A program made the position numbers and the translations under genes. A stretch of 64,000 nt of DNA from Paraspadella gotoi (Eukaryota > Animalia > Chaetognatha). Shown one piece after another: positions 26,775 through 38,491 of the stretch. Position 1 is the first letter of the stretch, and every line of letters begins with the position of its first letter. The notes below the pieces were generated by a model. That model made no database searches and was not told the origin of the DNA. It saw only the letters and a list, made by a program, of their open reading frames with translations. The stretch covers positions 12,454,779 to 12,518,778 of the forward strand of contig CM119271.1 in the NCBI GenBank assembly GCA_051294375.1. The letters are read 5' to 3'.

Positions 26775-27916
26775 CTGGAGACGAAAGGAAATCGAAGCCA
26801 AGCTTTTACGAACCAAGCTTTTACGAACCANNNNNNNNNNNNNNNNNNNNNNNNNNNNNNNNNNNNNNNNNNNNNNNNNNNNNNNNNNNNNNNNNNNNNN
26901 NNNNNNNNNNNNNNNNNNNNNNNNNNNNNNNNNNNNNNNNNNNNNNNNNNNNNNNNNNNNNNNNNNNNNNNNNNNNNNNNNNNNNNNNNNNNNNNNNNNN
27001 NNNNNNNNNNNNNNNNNNNNNNNNNNNNNNNNNNNNNNNNNNNNNNNNNNNNNNNNNNNNNNNNNNNNNNNNNNNNNNNNNNNNNNNNNNNNNNNNNNNN
27101 NNNNNNNNNNNNNNNNNNNNNNNNNNNNNNNNNNNNNNNNNNNNNNNNNNNNNNNNNNNNNNNNNNNNNNNNNNNNNNNNNNNNNNNNNNNNNNNNNNNN
27201 NNNNNNNNNNNNNNNNNNNNNNNNNNNNNNNNNNNNNNNNNNNNNNNNNNNNNNNNNNNNNNNNNNNNNNNNNNNNNNNNNNNNNNNNNNNNNNNNNNNN
27301 NNNNNNNNNNNNNNNNNNNNNNNNNNNNNNNNNNNNNNNNNNNNNNNNNNNNNNNNNNNNNNNNNNNNNTCCTGCGACAAATCAATCAATAAATCAATCA
27401 ATCACCTCGAGATTTCTGTGCAACGAAACATTTTCGTTTTCTTGACCCAAATTATCTTTCGATTTCTGAATTTGACGAAAAATAAAATGGAGAAATATGA
27501 TGTTTCTGTCTTGTTTTCTTTCTTGCTATCTTTCTTTCTATCTTTCTTTCTATCTTTCTTTGTCTCTTTTATTCTGCTATTCCTTCTTTCTATCAATTGT
27601 TCTTGCTTTCATACTATATTTGTTTCTTCTTCGTACTTTCTTTCTTTTGATCCTACTATCTTTCTCTCTTTTTAGTTTTTCACTCATTCCATCTTTCTTT
27701 TTTTCTTTTTTCTTTCTATCTTTCTATTTTCTATCTTTCTATCTTTCTATCTTTCTATCTTTCTATCTTTCTATTTTTCTATCTTTCTATCTTTCTTTCT
27801 CTATCTCTTTCTTTCTTTCTTTCTTTCTTTCTTTTTTCTTTCTTTCTTTTTTTGATTCTTGCTTTATTTCCTTCTTTCTTTCTTTCTTTCTTTCTTTCTT
27901 TNNNNNNNNNNNNNNT

Positions 27917-27947
<31 letters not shown>

Positions 27948-27967
27948 GTCTTTCCCTCCCCAGTCAC

Positions 27968-28065
27968 CCAGGAATTCCAGAAGACGTCCGTGTAGAGATT
28001 ATTCACCGTGATGCTATTCACATCCATGTGACCGCAATCACCCAGAGTCCTCAAGAAAAACTGAT
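27968..28065 (-). CDS. PGAM5: PGAM5-like phosphatase exon: (N)QFFLRTLGDCGHMDVNSITVNNLYTDVFWNSW
   Basis: CAG and GTGACT sites. LRTLGDCGHM parallels PGAM5 LRTLGDTGFM. No stop where PGAM5 normally ends. Confidence 0.8.
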
Positions 28066-28153
28066 CTGTGAATCGTTACATGACATGACATAACATGTTA
28101 TGATCGATGGACAAAGAGACGGACCGACAATCCGACAGACAGACAATTCTCAC

Positions 28154-28287
28154 TGAGCGAATTGATGCTGACGATCGTGATGGNNNNNNNNNNAACTGTC
28201 CTCTGTCAGCGAGGAGGGACGGAGGTAGCGACGAAACGCTTGATCGAATCTTTCCTTTGCTGGGAAGTTGGACCAGAGCTCTTCGAT
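28154..28287 (-). CDS. PGAM5: PGAM5-like exon(s) interrupted by a 10-N gap: IEELWSNFPAKERFDQAFRRYLRPSSLTEDS...ITIVSINSL
   Basis: RFDQAFRRYLR...EDS parallels PGAM5 RIEAAFRNYIHR...EDS. The segment with the second catalytic His (CHANVIR) should lie in the gap at 28184-28193. Confidence 0.75.
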
Positions 28288-28541
28288 CTGTGGAGAGAGG
28301 AATGACAGAAGAATGATGGAGGAATGATGGAGGAATGATATAGAATGACAGGGGAAAGATGGAGGAATGACAAAGAATGACAAATAATGACAAAGGATGG
28401 TAAAGAATGACGAAGATTGACCAAGAAAGACAAAGGACGACAAACAAAGGAAAGACAAGACCGAAAAGTACGAAATTTCCGAATACGAGATTCGCTAATG
28501 ACAATCATTCATTTTCACGCGTATGTGAATTTAGTTTTAAC

Positions 28542-28607
28542 CTCCGACGCCGTGAACGGTTTTCCCAGAAATTGAGGTAGCGCCCCTTCGTTCAAAATCT
28601 GGTCGAC
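28542..28607 (-). CDS. PGAM5: PGAM5-like exon: VDQILNEGALPQFLGKPFTASE
   Basis: CAG and GT sites, 66 nt, phase 0. LNEGA parallels PGAM5 LREGA (histidine-phosphatase L.E motif). Confidence 0.75.
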
Positions 28608-28737
28608 CTGAGAGATCGATCAATCAATCAGCTAATAAATCCAACAATAAGCGAATAAATCGATGAAATAATCTTTCAATCATTCAATCTTTCAATCAAT
28701 CAATCAATGAATCAATCAATCAATCAATCCCTTTTAC

Positions 28738-28787
28738 TATTATGTCTTTGGCGAAGCCGACCGCGTGGGCGATTAACGCAGCCGTCT
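28738..28787 (-). CDS. PGAM5: PGAM5-like exon: (E)TAALIAHAVGFAKDII
   Basis: CAG and GTAAAA sites. Matches the ETA..I helix after the SS...RA motif, which is expected in the gap at 28833-29194. Confidence 0.7.
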
Positions 28788-29533
28788 CTGGTTAAAATAA
28801 ATGTGACTCGATCAACGACGACGATGACGACGNNNNNNNNNNNNNNNNNNNNNNNNNNNNNNNNNNNNNNNNNNNNNNNNNNNNNNNNNNNNNNNNNNNN
28901 NNNNNNNNNNNNNNNNNNNNNNNNNNNNNNNNNNNNNNNNNNNNNNNNNNNNNNNNNNNNNNNNNNNNNNNNNNNNNNNNNNNNNNNNNNNNNNNNNNNN
29001 NNNNNNNNNNNNNNNNNNNNNNNNNNNNNNNNNNNNNNNNNNNNNNNNNNNNNNNNNNNNNNNNNNNNNNNNNNNNNNNNNNNNNNNNNNNNNNNNNNNN
29101 NNNNNNNNNNNNNNNNNNNNNNNNNNNNNNNNNNNNNNNNNNNNNNNNNNNNNNNNNNNNNNNNNNNNNNNNNNNNNNNNNNNNNNNNNNNNNNGAGAGA
29201 TAGACAGTCAGACCGACGGATAGACGGACAGATAAACACAGATAAAGTCAAAGAGAGACAGTGAGACAGAGGGAGATAAACAGACAGACAGACAGACAGG
29301 CAGACAAACAGAGAGACAGACCCAGAAAATGACAATAATAGAGAGTAGGAGAAAAGTAAGAGAGAGAGAGAAAGAGAAAGAGAGAGAGAGAGAAAGAGAA
29401 AGAGAGAGAGAGAGAAAAAAAAGTAAGTAAATATTCCTAAATAAAGTTTCTCTCACTTTTCCTACTCCTTCCCGCCCTCTCACACCCTCACACCCTCACA
29501 GACTCACACCCTCACACCCTCACACCCTCACAC

Positions 29534-29747
29534 CCGTATTCTCCGCTTGTCTCTTTCCCAATTCCGTCAAATTCCCAGGAACGTTGGGATCGAATGCAGC
29601 TGCGGTGACGACGGGCGCCGTGACGGGAGCGGGAGGGGCGGCGGCTGCGGCGCCGGCTACCGAGCTGGAGGGCGCCGGAATGACGGGCATCGAAGCGCTC
29701 ACGTTTTGCGATGGTGGCGGCGGCGGTAGAGGGGGCGGGTAGAGACG
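29534..29747 (-). CDS. PGAM5: PGAM5-like exon with Pro/Ala-rich insert: RLYPPPLPPPPPSQ...FDPNVPGNLTELGKRQAENT(G)
   Basis: CAG and GTGTGA sites. LTELGKRQAENTG is the histidine-phosphatase LT..G..QA..G motif (PGAM5 LTPLGREQAELTG). Confidence 0.8.
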
Positions 29748-30562
29748 CTGTTGCGGAGCGGAAGGGGGGGGGTCAAGGAATGCGGGTCGGTCAGTCATTG
29801 TTCGGTCAGTCTGTCGATCAGTCAGCCCGTCTTGTCTTGACTATCTCGTCGGTCAGTCAGTTCTTCTTGTCGGTCTGTCTTGTCGATCCGTCTGACAATT
29901 CTTCTTCCGTCAAACCGTTAATGAAGCTGTCAGTCTGTCCGTTCATCCTCTCGATCCGTCTCTTCAAGTCTCTCTCTCTCAGTTCCGCTCATTATTTTTT
30001 CACGTCGATTTCTCTCTTTTATGTCTGTCGATCTGCGTCAAATCCGTCTGTCCGTTTCGATTTTTATTTCCTACTTCTTTCTGATCGGAGAACGAACTGA
30101 CGTCCTGCGCAGACGTCGCTGCCAAATTGTGATAACTTGTGAAAATCAGTGATAATCATTTTTGAAAAAAAAAAACGTATTACGTTTTGTAAGTAGCAAA
30201 ATATTACATCCTTTAATGCTTTTAGCTTTTAAACAATAGCAAAGGTTAAAATAAGATTATACAAGACTAGGAACGAGGATCCTTCTACAATGTTAACATC
30301 TTGTAAGAGGGAGTCCTTAAGATTGAATCAATATTAAATGTATAGATAATCTTAAATGTAATAAAGAATTTATTTAACAAAAGTGAGATACTTGGTTTGC
30401 AATTGTAGTTTCCGTGTCGAATGAGAAAAACGTGACGATAATAATTTCGTTCTGTTAATCGAAATTAAATCTAATTTAAATAAATGAATTTTAATGACAT
30501 TTTTCGGGAGAATAAAAACGATAGAAACGACGACGACGACGACGACGACGACNNNNNNNNNN

Positions 30563-30594
<32 letters not shown>

Positions 30595-30668
30595 CACCTT
30601 GTCGATTAGATACGGATTTCTGATGATCCGTCGAAGACGCCGGGCGACCTTCGGGAGAAACAACGTTA

Positions 30669-30759
<91 letters not shown>

Positions 30760-31678
30760 TCTTTTTTTAAAAACATAAACCATTTCAAACTTGCCTTAAT
30801 TACCGCATCACCAGTCAACAAAACAAAAATAAAAACGAATACAAGGACAACAACAACAACAACAACAACAACGACGACGACGACGACCTCTGCTCGTCGC
30901 GCTGACGTTAAAATTGTCTTCGATGTCGCACTGAATGTCCGCTTCTTTCGAAGAACGCGACCGGNNNNNNNNNNNNNNNNNNNNNNNNNNNNNNNNNNNN
31001 NNNNNNNNNNNNNNNNNNNNNNNNNNNNNNNNNNNNNNNNNNNNNNNNNNNNNNNNNNNNNNNNNNNNNNNNNNNNNNNNNNNNNNNNNNNNNNNNNNNN
31101 NNNNNNNNNNNNNNNNNNNNNNNNNNNNNNNNNNNNNNNNNNNNNNNNNNNNNNNNNNNNNNNNNNNNNNNNTGTTTTTTTTTATTTTTAGCCTCGTTAA
31201 AAAAGCGTAGAGAGAGCGAGATAGTCTAAGGCGAAGAAGTAATTGATCAGAGTTTTAAAAAAATGTGGAAAAAGGATTTTTTTTAAAACTTTTTTATTTT
31301 CGATGGGTGCTATAGAAATAGAGAGGGAGAGAGTTTTTACTTTTGTTTTCTCTTCTCTTCTCTTCTCTTCTCTTCTCTTCTCTTCTCTTCTCTTCTCTTC
31401 TCTTCTCTTCTCTTCTCTTCTCTTCATATTCGTTGTTTAAAGAAAACTTCGATCTGAAAGATAAAGAGGATGGCATGTAAAATACTTTTCTTTTTCTTTT
31501 CTTTTCTTTTCTTTTCTTTTCTTTTCTTTTCTTTTCTTTTCTTTTCTTTTCTTTTCTTTTCTTTTCTTTTCTTTTCTTTTTTGTTTTCAAAATTTGTTTT
31601 TTAAAAATCTCTTATCTCTTAAAATCAATAATCATCACTTTGACAGTTTAGAAGAAAATAAAATTATGCTCCAATTAC

Positions 31679-31988
31679 CGAGTAATAAGTTTTAACTGGT
31701 CGTTTTTTTCCAGTCTCGATGCGACGGTTCGTCTCCAGATCTTGTCGTCGTCGTCGTCGTCGTCGTCCACTTATCTCAAATCCTGAAAACCAGTTAACCA
31801 CAGAATCTCGAAGAAAAAACTGTTGAAAATTTTTTTCTTTGAATCAAACTTGTTTTATTTTTAAAAAAAATTTTTTTCGATTAATATGTAGTAGTTGTTT
31901 TAGTTAGAAGTTTGTTAGTTTGTTTATCTTTCCTGTCGTTTCAAAAATTTTATCTTTACACTTAATAGGATAATCCAGCTTTTTGGTC

Positions 31989-32024
<36 letters not shown>

Positions 32025-32134
32025 NNNNNNNNNNNNNNNNNNNNNNNNNTCGAGTAGCTAGTTACACGAGGGTTTAGAGAAAATGATAGGGGTGAGTCAT
32101 CAATGTCAGTGGTAAGACGGGTACTGAAAGAGAG

Positions 32135-32191
<57 letters not shown>

Positions 32192-33893
32192 TAGGAGAGA
32201 AGAGAGAATATAAATTAAAAAATCAGGATTGTTTCAGGATGTAAACAGTGTGATATTTAAAAATTCGCCCTGCTAATTCGATTGAATCAAATGTTCAGAA
32301 TATCAAATTTATAAAATACAATCCTTTATCTATATAACATCAAACATTTTAATAAACTATCAAGGGCAATACAAACCAAATCAAGTCAATATCAAATACA
32401 CAATCACAAGTCAAATGAAATTCATAAATAACCTAAAATAAATAAATAACTTAAATAAAAAATAATAATAACAACTAATACATTAATAAAAAATTTCAAT
32501 ATATAATCGATCAATCAATAAATCAATCAATCACAATCACAGATGAAACTCAAAGATTCAACTTAATTAAATGAACACATTCACAACAATTAACAAAAAT
32601 AATAAAATCAATTATTGACTCGATCAATTAAAAAAAATAAATTTCCGAATAGTACTCTACAATATTAATCACTCATATACAACACCAATCAATATCAATA
32701 TCAAACAAAAGTAAAATCAAAAAAATCAAAAACCTGGTCGTTTGAAAAATCCACGTCGGACGAACGAGGAATTCGTTTCGCCGAGCACGGGCAACGTGGA
32801 AAGCGACGGCCGACGGCCAGCTCGAAGCCTCTCATGTTTTGGAAAGGCGGCGGTAACAGACACGCTAGACATGTCGTGCCTTGGAGGATCGATCCCGTCG
32901 GTCCGGTCCTGCTTCGGGAGAAGGCTGGCAAGAAGTGGGAGTGAAGAGGAGGGGGCGTTGGGGTGGGAACCACCGGGGGGGGAGAGGGCGGGTAAATATC
33001 GTTGAGAGAGTTCTAGTTGTGTCGTACAAGAGTTTTTTTTTTTTTTTAATTTTTTTGGTTCTACACATATGGGTAAAATATTGATTTTGATATCTCCTAA
33101 ATTAAAATTTGCGAAAAGTTAGATGTGTGTATGAGTATTCGGGCCATTAGCCGCATTAGGTTCACTCCCGCTATAAGCATGGACACCTTCAGTCGTGATT
33201 CGGTGGCTTCATTGATAAAGCCAGCAGCATCTTGAACCACTAGGTACGCTCCCATGGCGGTTTCCAACTCCCGACCAGCCCGGTACCTTACCCTGCGGGA
33301 AAGCGTGAGGCACGGCCCGAGTAAGCAGCCTTGGGGGCGTGGCTAAACCGCTCCAAGCCTGGTTTCCAAGCCCAGGGACCCGTCATGGCCGCTAAGAGGG
33401 GTTATAGAAGTTTACGGATAGTCCATCTTTCAGCCCCTAAGCGCCTTATCCCACAAATTTCAAATGTCTAAAAACATCGGTTTAACACCGCGATGGAAGA
33501 GTTTTTTCAATCCAGCAAAATCTACCCAGCTTCATACACATTCAGCTCCCAGCCACTCGTCACAAATTCCCACCCACTCGATCATCGCCATCTACCCACC
33601 TCACCAAAGTCCGACCACAATTTACCACATTCGGCCCACGCAATCTCACCTCGATTCTTCTTCGGCGCGCGGAGCCTCCCGCTTTCCCGGAACGGCTCGT
33701 CGACGGTCCTTCGGCCGCCGAGCGACGAGCGGCTTCGACGGAGCCTCTCCGCGACTTAGCCGCGAATGCACTTGAGGTATGTGGAGCCCCTTCAGACCTT
33801 GAAGGCCGTCGCGTCGAGAGATTGGGCCCGGAACGATGGACGTCGACGACGAACACACGACAGAGACGATGAGAGTAGATGAGACAGGATATC
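31679..33893 (-). CDS. Chain of three putative Arg/Ser/Pro-rich exons (about 33650-33893, 32734-32925, 31679-31782), possibly the N-terminal part of the PGAM5-like gene
   Basis: GC-rich islands with AG/GT boundaries and one mutually consistent open phase path. No recognisable domain; boundaries approximate. Confidence 0.35.
33339..33405 (+). ncRNA. Twister-ribozyme-like motif (possibly degenerate) within a structured ~320-nt insert
   Basis: GTGGC-TAA-ACC-GC-...-CCTGG-TTTCCAAGC-CCAGG-...-GAGGG-GTTAT follows the order of twister elements P1/UAA/T2/P4-L4/T1. P2 pairing is not satisfied. Confidence 0.35.
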
Positions 33894-35630
33894 TTTGAAG
33901 GATCGAAATTTTAATAAAATGCAAAATGATGTCAGTTATTTACGGCTGGTTTTTCAATTTTAAATCTTCTTTAGCACAACTTTAATTGGGTTTTTTTAAA
34001 TATTGAATGACACTTTAAGAGATTTACTTTCCACATTTTAGCTATGATAGAAAATTCTTTCTCACTCGTTTTTCCGCCCGGCGTCGTCGTCGAACTCAGA
34101 GCGGCGTCGAATAAAATCCGGCGCCGAGATAAAAGCCGGAGCGAAGATCGGCGAACGCCGGAGACGCATTAGTCGTCCGAATCGTCGTCGTCGTTCGTCG
34201 TCGTCGTCGAGGGGTGACAACGGCGCATGCCGACTGGGACGACGACTCGCACGACGTCGCGATTCTCACGCGATCGAGGAAACACCGAAGCCTGCCGAAA
34301 ACGCGCCCGGAAGCGCCGGCTAAGGTCGCGTTGGACGCGAGGGTTTCCTTTTCGGGAACCGATGAATCTTGAGATTCAGGCCAGTCGGGTTCGTTGTTGT
34401 TGTCGAAGTTGTTGTCCCTTTGTTTTGGCAAATTTAATCGTCGACTTCTTCGTCGACTACGATTGAGTGTTCGCAGACCAGGAAACCGCCGAAGCGGTTT
34501 TTTCTACCTCGATAGGGTGGGAAGCGTCCAACGATGGGATGTCTGGGAGACCTGTTGGACGTTTTTTCTTGGGGCAGAGGAGTCCGTTGTTACACAACTT
34601 CGACAATGACGCCGAACGCTCTTCACTTGGTACGGTAAAGAGGTTGACATTGCCTCCTAAGGCAGAATGGCGGAGAGACGCTTTTCTCCGAAAGTCGGAA
34701 GCATTGATGTTCAAGGTCCGAGGATCCAGCGAACGCTTTGTACCGAGTCGGAACGCTTTGTATCGTATCTCCTTTGCGGGGTTTTCCTGAGAAAGAGGCA
34801 CAAAAAGAAAATGGTAAAATAGGGACTGGCGGACGCTTCCCTCCGGGTCCGAAGCGTCGATGTCGTTTGCGAACGCAAGGAGAGAAGCGAGAGGCGGGAT
34901 TTTGTGGAGGAGGACGGGACCGTGGCAGGTTGGGGGGCTGGGGGTGGGGATTGGGTTTGAAGAGGCGGGCGGTGGGACAAGAAGGGTGGGACTATGGGCT
35001 GAGATTTAACCGGGGGCGATGAGGGGGTGAAGGTTAAATGGTGAAATAAATCGGTAAATCAATCAACAAATCGAAACAAGAGCAGCATGCTATAGGCATC
35101 AATAAAATCAACTAATCAATCCGTTAAAAAAAAACTCAAAATCAATCAATATTGTTCAATAGAACACTGAATTGATTGGGATATTTCTAAAACAATGGAG
35201 AAAAATGAAATTGATCAGATCTCACCCAATCGAGCCAACTGCGAAAATGGAAGCCCTGTCTTATAAATCAGGACCGAAATCGCACTCAATAAATAAACGA
35301 AACCTGAATCGGAAATCCTCGCACGGCAACGATAGTGGCTTGATACGCGATACGGTAACACGCCCGTCTCGCCAACTGGCCACAGATTGCGTATATTTTG
35401 GACGGCAAGAAGGCGTGGCTATGTGGCCGTGGCAATCGGATGTCCGTGGGCAGACGTGGCGAACCGTCAAGGGAGGAGTCGGCCTCCGACGTAGCAAAAA
35501 GTTACGGTCAGCCGAGGTGCGGCGTCGCGATGAGTAAAAAAGGCGACCGTTCGCACGAGTCCTATCGTCGGTTCGTGGAATCCGCGACCGGCCATCTGGA
35601 AAGAAGATATTGAGAGAGAGAGAAATGAGG

Positions 35631-35672
<42 letters not shown>

Positions 35673-35898
35673 ACCGGAGAGAGAGAAAGAACAGGTAAGA
35701 GCCAGGAGACGAGACGAGAGAAGCGGAGAGAGAGACTAAAGAGAGAAGCGTCAGCGGTATGATAAAGCAGGGAACGAGAGAGAGAGAGATTGCCACGGAG
35801 AGAGAGAGAGAAATAGGGGAAAGAGATAGAGAAGAAGAGAGAGAGAAGAGAGAGAGAGAGACGAGAAGTAGAGATAGAAAAGAGAGAGAGAGAGAGAT

Positions 35899-35940
<42 letters not shown>

Positions 35941-36987
35941 GAGAGATATATACCGACTAGATAGATAGATTAGATAAGATAGATAGATAGATAGATAGAT
36001 AAGATAGATAGATAAGATAGATAGATAGATAGAATAGATTAGATAGATAGAGAGAGAGAAGAGAGAAAGAGAGAGAGAAGAGAGAAAGAGAAAAGAGAGA
36101 GACATCCGACCACATCCTCCTTTTACCATCATCGTCATCACTCGTCCGAAGAAGAATTTTCAAAACTTTCTACGCGTCCCGTCGGTGACTTCGTATGCAG
36201 CGTCTGGGCGGCCAGCCGGCGGCGGCAAGCGGCGGCGGCAGCGGCGGATGCATCGCGGATGCATCGCCCTGTAGATCTGGAAAGAGTAAGTGCTGAATGA
36301 AACTTGGCTTAAAGATATCAAATGTAGGCTGTAATGCCTTATGTATAGAGAGATTTCAGACTATATTAGCCTTCGAAAAACTTTCGCTAATCGTTGTTGC
36401 GTTATCGATTGTGTCATTCAATCGTGTCATAACTAGTGTCGCAAGCATTGCGCAATAAGTCTGATACATTAAATAGGAGACCATGTCAAGAGCTTTTTAC
36501 CCGAAAAGAGTACAGGAATCGTTCCTGTGCCAACGTCACCAACGCGCCACGGTTTATTCGACGCCTCGCGCCCGATCAGCAGGGGCAGATCGGATTTCTT
36601 GCGGCTGGTTGGACGGTGCGTGGTGGGTCCGTGGTTTCGCGGGCTATAGTTCTTGCCTCGGGTGGGGCCTAGGTTCAGATTAAATGTTGGCATTTGAAGA
36701 GAAGAACATTATCAAATTAACATCATTATTATGATCCGCAGCAGGAGAGGGAGAGAGAGAGAGAGAGAGAGAGAAAGAGTGAGTGAGAGAGAGTAGAGAG
36801 CAGAGAGGAGAGAGAGATAGATAAGAGAAAGAGGAGAGCAGAGAGAGGAGAGGAAGAGTCCTCACAAAGGAGCGCGATCAACAAGTTTTTTTTTGACCAG
36901 TGAGTTCGAATTTGAAAAAACCGGTTGTTGAGAGAGAGAGAAGAGAGAGAGGCAGAGAGAGAGAGAAGAGAGATACCCACAAGAACT

Positions 36988-37428
36988 ATGCCAAACGACC
37001 ACAAAAAATCCATCTGCTTGATCGGCGCTGGCCCAGCCGGCTGCTCCTTGCTCTACCACCTTGCCAGGCTCGCCAAAGAGGGCACGCCCATCCCGGAAAT
37101 CGTCTGCTACGAACGCCAGGCGGACGTGGGCGGAATGTGGAACTACACCTGGCGGACAGGCGTGGACGAGTTCGGCGAGCCCGTTCACTCCAGCATGTAC
37201 CGCGCGCTCTGGGCCAACACTTCCAAAGAATATCTGGAATTCGAGGATTATCGCTGCGACGAACATTTTGGGAAAAAAGTTCCATCTTATTTGCCCAGAA
37301 AATTCGTTCTTGACTACATGAAGGGCAGATGGAATAAGCAAGAATTCCGTCATTGGATTCGGTTCCATCACTTGGTCCACAGCGTTGTTTACGATGAGGA
37401 GCGAGGAGTCTTTATCGTGGTAGCCAAG
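36988..37428 (+). CDS. Flavin-containing monooxygenase A (Tmm/mFMO-like), exon 1
   Basis: ATG at 36988, GAGPAG FAD motif, GGMWNYTWRTGVDEFGEPVHSSMY..LWAN..KE block typical of bacterial mFMO/Tmm, GTATGT donor. Confidence 0.95.
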
Positions 37429-37796
37429 GTATGTTGTTTAATTTATAAGGTTATATGATAAATGTTTATATTTAATGTTTGTGTTATAAGAGGTATTTTA
37501 TATAAGCATTAATGCATAAAAATAATTTTAAAAATTTATAACTAGAAATATTTATTATTTTTATTAATGCAATTGTTTTTTACAAAATTAAAATTGTCAT
37601 AACTTATATCAATTTACAACATTTTTTTACATTATGTTTATTTTTACAACATGTCCTAATGTAAATAAAAATCGTTGTTATCAAACAAACAAACTTTGTT
37701 TTCTCTAACATTTTTTTACATAATTTTTTGAATAAAATTGATTTTAAGATAATAAAAATAATCTAAAAATTAAAAAAACTAAAAATTAAAAAACTA

Positions 37797-38030
37797 GGTG
37801 TGGAAGACGATGCCGCGAGCAGTTTACCGTCCGTTGCACACAAGTTCCCGAACTTCGGATCGGGCTGTAGTCCGACACGTGGGTTAGACGCCCCGTTCCG
37901 CTTTTACTTGTGTGAATCAGCAGGGCGCGAACCCGAGTCCTTTGGGTTGGGAGGAGCTCGTGCTACCTCCGACGCCATAGGTGCTGCTGATTCTCGGACG
38001 AGTAGTGGGGTATGAAATACTACCACTACA
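37797..38030 (-). mobile_element. tRNA-derived SINE-like element in FMO-A intron 1
   Basis: On the minus strand, an A-box-like TGGCGTCGGAGG and a B-box-like GGTTCGCGCCC with tRNA spacing are enclosed by a perfect 10-bp inverted repeat (37914-37923 / 37984-37993). GC-rich island in an AT-rich intron. Confidence 0.5.
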
Positions 38031-38272
38031 TAGGACTCATTTAATTTGAAAATTTTGAAAATAAAATTTTTTATATAACTTGAATTCGAAATGTAGTATC
38101 ATAAATGGTAAGGACTTATCTTTGACGTCGTTATTTCAGAAAATAAGATTTAACGACACAATTACGCACGATGTGTAAAAGTAAAAAAGACAGTACCATT
38201 AGAACACGCTGTAGGCTGTACTATTAAAATGTCCCATCTATCAAAATAATCAACATCTCCCCTTTCTCTCAG

Positions 38273-38491
38273 GATCTGATCAACGACCGACATCTTCAAC
38301 CACAAGTCTTCACCCACGTTGTGGTCGCCGTGGGTCATTTCTCCACGCCCCACGTCCCCAAGTTCCCAGGGATGGAGTCATTTCCGAGAAACGTGACTCA
38401 CTCTCACTACATCAAACATTTTGTTACATTTAAAGGAAAACGAGTTTTGATCGTGGGAAATGGATTTTCTGGGGAAGACGCCGCCATTCAG
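38273..38491 (+). CDS. Flavin-containing monooxygenase A, exon 2 (…VAVGHFSTPHVPKFPGMESFPRNVTHSHYI…LIVGNGFSGEDAAIQ)
   Basis: CAG and GT sites, 219 nt in frame. GHFSTP, FMO fingerprint variant and GxGxSG NADPH motif. Confidence 0.93.

Noticed and set aside
33395-33440. Minus-strand hammerhead-like CTGAAAGA...GTAAAC between AGGGG/CCCCT
   Set aside because: The core deviates from CUGANGA and GAAA, and no NUH triplet pairs with stem III.
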